Of a DNA stretch of 64,000 nucleotides, positions 41,601 through 53,600 are shown piece after piece. The DNA lies in the NCBI RefSeq assembly GCF_036588685.1, contig NC_086386.1:21390001-21454000 (forward strand), in the 5' to 3' direction. Source of the DNA: Mytilus trossulus (taxonomy: Eukaryota). The notes beneath the pieces are model-generated. The model saw only the letters and a program-made list of their open reading frames with translations. It ran no database searches and had not been told where the DNA came from. Both the position numbers and the translations under genes were made by a program. Positions within the stretch are counted from its first letter, which is position 1; each line of letters starts with the position of its first letter.

Positions 41601-44600
41601 ATGATATAACATTAGTTGTTGTCATTTCGAATACAACTAAATCCAAAACATACTATATTTTTAATATGCAACATATCCATTATCTACTTTCAATTATTAA
41701 CAGACTATTCCAATGATGTTTTATTAAAGTACATCTTAGTATTAGAAAAGCCATGTGGTATGTGTACCTATCCGGCATGCTCTTGAAATATATACATGAT
41801 ATATGCGTGATTAGTCTACAAATTGGACCTTTCTTTATTTCTTGTTACTAGAAATTATAGGAACTGCTATTTATTTGTAACACTATCGTATCTGACTATT
41901 GAATTAGTTCTGTTGAACATGAAAGGCGATCAATCATCAACATTATCTGACAAAGAGCTAAGGGATGACCTGCAATTAAATGGCTTTGATCTCAAAATTG
42001 CAAATCGTAACCAGTTGTCTTACATTTAGTCATACTGCTATTTGGACATTTGCATTGACTGGCGCCACACAAATAGAAACACAGCCCCATGACAACATTG
42101 CATAACAACATATCACAAGAAGACTCATTGCAAATCAATTAAATATTGTTTGCAATTCAGTTTCCTTTTAAATTGTTATTTAATATTCAATACATTCACA
42201 TCTAAATAGATAAGTTGTCCTTCATGAATTACATTATCATTGTTGAAAAAGCAAATAGAGACCATGAATTTAAATTTCAAAATTCACTGTTGTTTAAAGA
42301 ACGATAAATTTATTGAAACAAGTTTCATTAGTAAATTTGTTCTCTGCTTAAATTAGATAAAGAATTGAAATGGTAAGAAAACATAATCTATATAAATATA
42401 TTTCATCTATTGACCATTTTACAAAAAGGAGATAAGTTTTTATTTTGTGTATAAATGTTTCACAACAAGATATATGGGAAACTTTATGAATCGCGAAAGT
42501 GGGGTAAGAATTTATTTTAAAATAATATTGTTATGTATTTACTTTTTTTTCTAACTTGAATACATTGACCTGAAGCCCCATGTTTAACAGATCTTGTATT
42601 ATGTATCAGTGTTCATAATTCAACAAAAGATTATCACTAGTATCCTATACAACAAATGTAGATTTTTAATATTTTTATAGATATAAGAACATGTGATATG
42701 AGTGCAAATGAGACAACTCTTCACCCAAATCACAATTTGCCAAAAACAAAGACCATTATAGGTCAAAGTAGGGTCTTCAAGACGAAACCTTTGCACACAC
42801 CGAAAAGCAAGTTCATGTTCAAATAACATAAGTTAAGTCCCCGTGGTAAATATTGTATTTCATAATGATAAAAAGTGACTCTTATTATCCGAATTCAACT
42901 TTCCAAAACAATCCGAAGTTTAATTTGAAACAAGCTACGTGAGTGCAATTTCCAAAACAAGTATTCAATGGAAAAAACAATCGTCATACAAAAACGCATT
43001 GTAAATTTGTCTATATGTAAGACAACATAGAACAGGTTAATGACTAAACACTATGTTTGTCTTACCAACCATACATCCCTTACTGATCGATTGGATTTTT
43101 AAAAACTCTTGTGAAGCAAATGTTTTTCAAATCTTTCTGATAATTGAAAAAAGGAGATTCTGTGAAAAAGAATTTTAGACATTGACAATGTTACTCAATA
43201 ACCCATATTTCATGGAGTACTTGCATCTAATATCTAATATACTCTTGAATCTAAAATATCTGGTGCATATCTTATCGGTATTTACACAGATTCACAACTT
43301 CAAAGTACACTCTGTAGCAAGTGTGATGATTTCAAAATTCCAATTGTAAACTTCTCATTTCTTAACAGTTAAATGTCCTCTACCTTACCGTATGACGATA
43401 CGCTCTAGAATCTAAAAACTATGCGTCAATTCCCTTCGATTGCTTTCGACACAAAATCGGTCCCAAGTGCAGAAATAAGGAACTACGACAGGTATCGATA
43501 CCATATAAGTTTAACAAATTGACCATTACGATGTGTCTCAACTCATACCGATTCTTATGCCGATAGCTGCAGGAATATTGTAAGATGCTTACCACTTTGA
43601 AACAACTGACCTTTCTTCTTTAAGATTTATTGGGATTCCCTTTTTTGTACCTTGATAAGCAATAAAATGAAAGATAATAGGAATAGCAACAAGTCATTGA
43701 TAGATCTAGCTATCTATTCTCCAAAAACATCACATGACTATTCTAAGAGGACTTTATTAGAAAACCATATGCATTGGTTTTACCAATCTGGATGTTTTTG
43801 AAAACTTATCAAAGATGCTAGGCTTATTATTTTAATCCTTAGTATTTTCAACAATCTGGCTTTAATACAATTCATCTTGTCAATCATGCAGGACACTGAT
43901 CAGTTATGCATTGTATTCTTTCTCTTTTGATGCATACAATTATATTGAAATTACTTTTAAAAGTAAACTTGCATGTTACCCTTACGTTTCTTTTTTGTGG
44001 TTTCAATAATTAATGTCTGATTTTCAACCGGTTTTGATAGTTGTATCCCTTTTTTCATCTTCGATTACGAATATATTTATAACTATTGCATGTCACAAAG
44101 AGACGTCAAATCGAACATCCTAATTAGATTAAGTTCCCATTTCCCCCGAATCCCCATATACTCAAATGTCAGACAACATGAGAGTACTATGTATAGAATA
44201 AGCATGCATTGTCTCAAAATATTAATGTTATTGAAACAAGGCTCACAAAAAGGAAGAAAGCGAGGATGGCCGAGTATTTCAACCAGTTTCTAGCCGAGTA
44301 CAAATAACATTTCTATTTTAAGGCAATGAGTGGTTATTCTTTATGTAATGCAACTCTTATATATGGCGTTGTCAGTTTGTGTTAGATTTATGAGTTTGAC
44401 TGTCCCTTTGGTATCTTTCGTCCCTCTTTTAAAACTGTTCTTAATGAAATATTTAAGGTAAAAGTGCTCATTTTTAATTTGAAGCTGACGACGTAAATTT
44501 TATGCACACCCTGTATGTTTTATTGACGTCATAAATAAAACTCTATGGACCTGCATTGTTAACTTTATAAACAAGGCGATATACGGCCAGTGCTGTATAT

Positions 44601-47600
44601 TACATATGAATATATAGTCAATACAATTAGACTGCACAAATAGTACAGCTGCAGTATATATCATGTTATTTTGTAGGAAGACAAGAAAGAGGATATAGAG
44701 GAGGTAATTATAAAACATATGGCACAGTATGCACAGATGAGATTGTACATGTATATGAACAACATGAGTTTAATATTGAGTTTCCAATAGTCTATTACAA
44801 CTCTATATAATAGATTCATTGTTGAGTTAGAATGATAAGAGAATAATGGTATACTCCTCAAATAAATATTTGCATGATTTGCATTAAAAAAAAATAAAGT
44901 TATCATTTTATTACCTCAGTTATTAAAAGCGTCATTTTAATCAATTAAGTTTGTCTGCTAATTTGAATGGGAAAAGGGACCAAAATATTTGTAAACACAA
45001 AAGAAAAGTAAATCCAAAGATCTACATAACTGGTGAATAGAAAAATAGAGCAAAGGAAAACAAAAATATTCTGTTTATGATTTTTTATGATTGTAAAATT
45101 ATATGTAAAATTATATTATTTTTAGTTTATATACTGAATATAGATAGTTTACCTTGATAGATATTTATTTACAATTTTCAGGAACAACAAAAATCAGACG
45201 AGAATAGTAATGATATGTCCCAAGAAAACGAAAATTTAACTGAAGAAGCTAATATTGATAAAGAAATTCAAAATAATGAAATCATAAATAATTACACAGA
45301 TGATAAGGAAAACATTGATACTGACCAAATTTTAAAACCCGAAAATGATTATGTTAATAATGATAATATAGAAAAGTCTGTAGGGGAAAATGATAATGGC
45401 ATAGAAGAAAATAAAACTACTGATCAAGAAATAATAAACAATGACCCTGACCAAAATGAACAAACGGAACAAAGTAAGGAAATTGAAAACGATAATGAAA
45501 GTGAGACAAAAACTGACCCCAAAGATAAAACAATAGATGTTAATATAACTCCTTTAAAAAATAACAGTATTGAACCAAATGAAAAAGAGGGAGATGTAAA
45601 CGATAATAATGAACCACAAAATGAGGTACAGGAGGAACAAACTCCCCATAATGAAACTAAAATTGAAATTGAGGACGGCAATTCTGATAAAAATGTTGCC
45701 GAAAAGCAAAATCGAAAAGTTAAAATTTATGAAAGAGTTGATTTGGATGACAACTTGGACCAGCGTAAACCAGATGATGTCACTGGCGAAAAGAACACTG
45801 AACAGATCACCCAAACAGTATTGATCACTCCTATATAGTAGACATAGAATTTTTCCCAATTCTTATATTACAATTCTAAATAGCCACTTTCTATAACAAA
45901 TAAATACTCTGCTTTCACATACTACTAACTTTGACAAACTAACAATGATACTTACCATTTATCTCTCTATATATGTATATGTGTATACAATTTAGTACTC
46001 TTATTTGTATCACAACTAATATTTGTTTCTGCTTGAACAGCATGATCTACTAGAGCTTCATATAGATGCGTTTCGACTTAAAAAAATAATAATTTACAGT
46101 AACGATATTAAAATAATTTCTACCGAATAAAAGTGTAAAAGACTTACTGTTAATTTTAATGTCATTTTATTGTAATTTTCTAAAATCAGTTGCATTGTAG
46201 CTACTAAAAATGGTGAAGTCAGTTTTATTCAGTTTGAAATTAGAATATTATGTGACATTATGTATATGTATGATTGCAATATTTCTGTTTTTGTTTTCTT
46301 CAACAATTAAATACAATTGTGTATGTTTCCTTTCAGATTAAAGTCAAAGGACAAGAAGATGAGGTAATTACTATTGTTCTGCTGCCATATAAACTATGAA
46401 TGAATCTGCTGAGATATTTGTTTACAGCGTTCCAAACTTATATAAAACCTAAAATATATAGCATCGATATCAATACATGTTAAATACTTCTCTCTCGTCT
46501 AGCTGGCTTTATGTATCTATATTACTCAATAATGAAACCATAGCAAAAAGTGAAATCACAAAATAATGAACTCCAAGGAAAATTAAAAAAAGGAAAGTCC
46601 CCAATCAAATAGCAAAATAAAAAGTACAAACACATCATATTCCTGACTTGGTACAAGCATTTTCTTATGTAGAAAATTGTTGATTGAACCTGGTTTTATA
46701 GCTAGCTAAACCTCTCACTTGTGTTAGTCTCATCAAATTCCATTAAAATGTCACCGATGCGTGAACAAACTAAATTACTGTTAACTTGCTAATAGACCAG
46801 CATGTCATAAAAAAAAGGCAACAGTAACGTGTACATACCGTTATACTTGGAGTTTGTTTTACTGATCACCGTTTTTAAGCCTGTTAGTATTCATAGAAGG
46901 TTGCCACTGATGTAGACGGTACACACATAGTGTGAAACAATGTAATTATGTAATGGAAAAAATGAAGAAAATTACATTGATGACCAAATCTTCAGTTTGT
47001 TCTAGCTACGTTTCGTTTATTATTTGTGCATTTTTTTCAGATTTTTTTTAAAATATAGTTTGAAAGGATTTTCCAATAGTAGATTGATGTCTGATAACTT
47101 ACAGAAAGTGCTATTCTTACTTGTTGCTCATTATACAGTTTTCTTCTTTAAATGTCTGTATGCATAAGCTTCCAATTGAGTGATTGTACCGCTATTGCAT
47201 ATTGTTATTTACATTAGGAATTTATTTGTTTGTTTTTTGGTTTTTTTAGCAAAAGGAAGACGTTGAAGATGAGGTATATATTAATAAACAATATGTTCCT
47301 ATTCAAGCAAGATGAATAAACAGTTAAAAATGATAAAAAAAAATGATATTAGTTTTTGTTTAATTATGTTTGTAGTCATCTTATGAATGATATGTTATCA
47401 TTACCAATCAGAAACCTATAAACACTGTTTCCACTACTGACCACAGGACGAGAATATAAACAAAGATAACAACCATATTAAACATTTTAAAGTTCAAATA
47501 TATAGACAATGATGTAATTATGCATACCTGTCACGTGTCTACAGCTAATAGCTTGAACAGTATCATTCTGCAAACAATTATTTTAAATTATACCAGTATA

Positions 47601-50600
47601 ACTTTTAAAAAACCGATAAGCAACGCACATTTTGACAATATATTTACTTAATGTAATTGCACCATAAAAGGTTAAAAAGTTTTATTTACAATTGAATTTG
47701 AACAAACATTGAATCCTTAGTATTTCAATACAACATTGATATTGTTATCTGTTTGTCATTGATTATTAAGCCAAAAACTACCATATTACCGATAGCAGCA
47801 AATCCTTTCTCAACTGCTAACGTATCTGAAATCACTTTGCAGGCTGAAAACTCTGGATCAGAAGAAACTGCATCGTCGAGTCGGGTTACTACTCCCGATC
47901 CAGAGGAAATAGAAAGAAATATCCGTAAAATAGGAATGAAAAAATCTACAGATTTCAAGGTAGGTAACCAGACAGTTTAAAAGCGAAATTCAAATTATGT
48001 CTCTTGCTATCTTCGCTCGTAATGCAAACTATTAGTAGATCAGGTATTAAGACGTTTTGAATTTATTCTTTTTTACATCTTTTCTTTTATTTTAGATGAA
48101 CCCTAAGTAGCTATATAGACTAAGTATCAAATATATGAAATTTAACAAAAAAGAAACAAACAAAAGCACACGAAAGTAAATCACGCTTAACCCACCAGAA
48201 AAGCTGTAAATAGTCAAAGTACATGATATGTGAAACGTAATCATATGGAAACATAAAACAATTAATAAGAGTATGTCTATAAGGAATATCCTATTTCCAT
48301 TTTATGTTACAATGGAATACTATTATAATAACTCATATTTGACGATTATAAATATGCATATTTTAGCCTCAAGGCGAGTTAAGCAAGGTTCTCGTTACAC
48401 GGAAAATGGAAGAACATAAACGAAAGGAAAAAGACCACGGAAAATGGACAAAGATGAAAAATATATTTCGTGTTAAAGCAAAAAAGATTAAAGTTGCTAG
48501 CTATCAAAACAATGACAACAAAGACCACAAAAAAGAAGACGGGCGAAATGCTGACTCTGACGACGAAGGGATTCACCGAGAAAAGACTATTGCTCCGTTC
48601 ATGAAGGAATATCATTATAAAAAACAGATGGATCACGTATTGGATGAACAACATGTTCGGGAAAAGCAACCTGATTTCAAAGATAGAATTAAAGATTCAG
48701 ATGATGACGATGAGGTAATGTATACAGTTCACACATTTAACAAATTTGTCATATTACCTTTTATATCTTATACATTTCATTCAACTACCAATTAAAACGA
48801 ATGTGACATACCGAATTAAACTATTCACCGGATTTGTAATACATGTAACATAAGCAACATGACGAATGCCACATATGGAGCAGGATCTGCTAACCCTTCT
48901 GGAGCACATGAAATCACCCCCTGTTTTTGGTGGGGTTCGTGTTGCTTAATCTTTAGTTTTCTATGTTGTGTCTTCTATAAACTATTATTTATCTATTTGT
49001 GGGTTTTTTTAGCCATGACGTTGTCATTTTATTTTTAATCTAAGAGTTTGACTGTCCCTCTGGTATCTTTTGTCCCTCTTTTATAACTTGTGTATATTAA
49101 AATCAAGTCTAAATGCATATGAATAATTGATCAGTAAAAAAAAATATTTAACTGGTGCACATGATTGAAATACGTGTATTTTAGCATAAAAATGTAATTT
49201 TTTTTAAATATATTTTCATAGCTATTTTGTTTTCTATCCTGATTATTACTCTAAACTTCCAGGAATTTGGTGGCATTGTTGATGATGAAAAGAAACGTAG
49301 AGAACATGAAAAAATCGAACAAACTCGAATAGAAAAACTCAATGAAAAGAATAAACATGAAGGAAAGAAACCTTTACAGTCTTCCAAAAACGCGGGGGAG
49401 AAAAGGTATACAAAAGGATCAGAACATACGAGAAAGAAACAAATGGGTGGAGATCAAGGCAAAGAAATGGATGAACTAGAAAGAGCAAAACGTAAACAGA
49501 GAACTGAGGATCAGGGAAAAGATAGTGGTGTCGATAGTCCGGACTTTAAAAAGGAAACAAGCTTTATTGAAAACAACGAAGAAATGGAGGCTGTTGAAAT
49601 GACAGAACCACCGCCAGGTTATATCAGAGACAGCACAGGTCAAATCATTGTAAGTATAACACTTTCAAAAATGTATTCTGGATTTAAATATTGACAAAGA
49701 ACTTTCAATTTTCAATTTTCAACCAAAGCGTTGTAAATAAACTCATGACATTATATATACCAAGATTCAAAATTGGGCTTTGCCTGCGAAGAAATGAAAC
49801 TGTAGGTTAGATTTTTCTTCTATAAAATCTTTATTTTTATAAAGTAAATTTGAAGGTACAAGTAATAAATGCATGTCACTAGACATATTCTTCTATGTCC
49901 CTCGTACATTTTTATGAGACAAATATTACGTTTCATCCAATTGAAATCAATAGTTTTGAAAAGTTTAGTCCTGTATGAACGAACAAATGTATTGCTGGAA
50001 TGTTGTTTACACAAATTTACATCAATTAGATAATCATTAATACGTAAATATTACAAACATATATTGTTACTTCCTTTTCAAGTACTGTCTCTCTTTTTTT
50101 TAAAGCGTCTATATGATGGAAAAGTTATGACACAGGAAGAAATGCAATCCATATTTCCCACGGCTAGACTTGGAATGTTATTCCATGTACCAAGATTAAA
50201 ACGAACATCACATGGGCGTCCTACAGGCGTAAGTAATATATATACTATACTCTTTATTTTGAATACCTTTCGTTACCTATTCAATTTCTATCAGCATTTT
50301 TTAAGGGAGTTGGCTTCTCAGTATCAAAGTAATTAACTTTCCAAAACACTAGTTTATATTGAAAGGGGATTAATAAAGGAGTCCAAAGAGCAAAAAAAAT
50401 ATATAGGTCACCGTGCTTGTTTTCGATATATAAGCCATTGAAATTTTGGCGGGAAAATATTCTCTCTTGACTTTTCATAGCTTTATCATCGACAGGTTGA
50501 AGCTCTCAAAAACTGTTAAAAAGTAATTAAAATTTTATCAGACTTTAACAGATGGCTTATCATTATACATGTAAAAGATTTACAAAAAGAAAATTGGGGG

Positions 50601-53600
50601 TCACCAGGCAATTTTTTTCAAGACATACAAATGGATAAAACCAGAGGATTCCGAAAATCTGACAAAAAATCCAAAACATGACAAGCCAGCTTCCTTAAAT
50701 TTCAAGTACAGTGTTTTTTGTACTGCATCACTTAATATGCTAGTGTTTTGATTTGACAGACGTTGCAATCATGTTTTATATTAATATAAACTGTTCTATT
50801 TATAGGAATATATCGAAGATCCTTTTGGTCCAAAACTGGAAAATGATAAGGAAAGCATTCGTAACGTCGAATTGAAAGAAGAACATTCCAAACCAAAGCA
50901 TCCCAGATCATCAAAAGGGGTAACTATTGATTACATATTCATTTTGAAGTAATGAAACGATGAAAAATAATTTAAATTCTGTTCTACTTATAATGAATTG
51001 ATGAATTACAAAGTAATATTAATTATACATGATACTTTTTTATCATTATTTTAATTGAAATCTCAATTATCTTTGTTTAAGCAACTAGACTATTTGATCA
51101 GATACATCAGAAAATAATTCTTCATGGATATTCATATTATGTTGAAAAATGCACATTTTTATGTGTTCCTCAGGTACATGTATATACATTGTAATACATG
51201 TATATCAAAATGCCAAATACAATACATTACATCAAGTTTTTTAAACAAAATAATATTTGCAGTCCGCACGGAGAGATATTAAAGAAAAAACAGTCGCCTT
51301 CGATATGGATGATGGACAATCAATGAATTCTGATATACTCATGGTTGAAGACGAGGATGAATGGAAGGTATGTGCAATTTATTAATTCCATGTAAACAAA
51401 ATAGATATAGGAAGATGTGGTGTGAGTGCCAATGAGACAACTCTCCATCCAAATAACAATTTAAAAATTAAACCATTATAGGTTAAAGTACGGCCTTCAA
51501 CACGGAGCCTTGGCTCACACCGAACAACAAGCTATAAAGGGCCACAAAATTACTAGTGTAAAACCATTCAAACGGGAAAACCAACGGTCTAATCTAGATA
51601 AACAAAACGAGAAACGAGAAACACGTATATATTACATAAACAAACGACAACTACTGTACATCAGATTCCTGACTTAGGACAGGTGCAAACATTTGCAGCG
51701 GGATTAAACGTTTTAATGGGCCCAAACCTTCTCCCTTTTTCTGAAACAATAGCATAACATCACAACATATAAAAATATACGATAAAATATCAATTAGCAG
51801 ACTTAACTCAATCAAAAAACGTATGATTACACAAAGAACGAATAAATTTGATCTGCGATATCTGAATACAAATGCACAGTTAATTAAATATTAGAGACAA
51901 ACAGTCATGACCAAAAGGCTATCAAACAAATTCGAACACACTGAGAAATATTTAACCAATCAATGTTAAGAATGGATAGAAAGTCCTTCATTTTTTATTT
52001 TTTTATTTTCTTATGTCATTTTCTCTATTATTTGTTTGTCCATTGTAAATCTTTCTTTGTATTTTAGCCCCTCATTATTGTCTTGTTGATCTTTTGGGGT
52101 CCTTTTTTTCTCTTATTTTTTCCTTTCCCATTATCCTCTTTTCTGAACCACCATGATAAACGAAAAATTGAATAAAACAATACCAGAATGGCATTACCGG
52201 CGAAACGCTACTGGTTTCTGGTAATCGTTTAATACAAAATAATGATGTAACAAGAGTTATTGAAATCTACCAACATTCCTTTTTTCAGGATCTCCCTCCT
52301 TAAGTGTTAGATTTATTAAACCACAAAGAAAAGTCTGGCGATTTAGAATAAATTAAAGTGCAATTTAATCGTGTGTTTGTTCATTGTTGTTCGAAACAGT
52401 ACAAATAGGGTAAAAAAACCATTTGTTATTTGTAGCATCGGCGAGACAGCTCTACCACGAACAGAGAACTTCTCAGAAAAAGACTTTTCAAAAATAAAAG
52501 GAAGTCACGTTCACATGGAGGGGTAAGATTGACAATGTTTGTTAGATAATATTGTTTTCACCAAAAATACCAATTTGGTGTTATATTTAAGCCATTTAAA
52601 ACGATATGTATTTTAAACTGCAGTGAGTATCCTCTTTTTATGACATACATAAATTAAATATGAGCTGGAAAATGAACTACTTTAACAGTTGACATTAAAT
52701 ATGGTGGTTAAAGTAAACATCGCTTTGAAATGATTGAGATTTTAGGACAATTACAGTAGTACATTTAAATTGTATTTTTGTCATATAGGCTGACAACAAG
52801 ATGTTTATGTCCGATGATGGCCGACCTAGAGAACTAAGTGATCTGGTTCGTGTTATTCCACAAAATAGTGCCAATAAGTATTTATTAAATGGTCGTGCAC
52901 CTATTCCTGGGTCTGTTGTTTCTAGAAATGATAGCATGAAAAACAAATTTGACCATGAACAGCAGCAGATGTACAGAGAAGGTCTTGCCACTGATAAAAA
53001 GATTCTTGAACGTTCACCGTCACTCAAACGTAAGTAAAAGTAATAACTTTGTTAAGCCAAAGATAAGACTAATAATTAAATACAAATAAATACAAAAAAC
53101 TAACAAGAAAAAAGCAATTACCGATTCAATACCCAAAACTATATTGCAAGTAAAATCCTATTTTTAATTTAAATTGTATCCAAATAATGGCAAATATAGA
53201 CCTGCCTTAAAATGAATGTAAAGTTATTTATACATGTATAAAATTGCAGGACCTCCCGGAGTACCACGGCAAGCTTTTACAGAACAGGATCCTGATGATA
53301 TTCGAGTTTCAATTGATAATGAAGAAAACGAGGTAGATTAACAAAATGTTATATTTTTACATTTCGTATCAATGGAATATTGTCGATTTTTCTGTCTTTC
53401 GAATAGGCATGCATAAGTTATAAACTTGTCAGTTTGATTTTTCTGAACTGATGTTAATATATGTAAGGGAACAGGTATATTTTGGTTCAAAGTTAGACAT
53501 AACGTTTACATCTAATACAAACGCATCTAGTAAATTGTATAAGCATATGTTTGGGCTTGGACATTTAATTTTAATTTGGAATGTAGATTTGTTAAGATAT

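Noticed and set aside
45424-45859. Minus-strand hydrophobic ORFs (also 39889, 47725, 48379, 49181, 52695, 3902)
   Set aside because: They are antisense shadows of real + strand exons.
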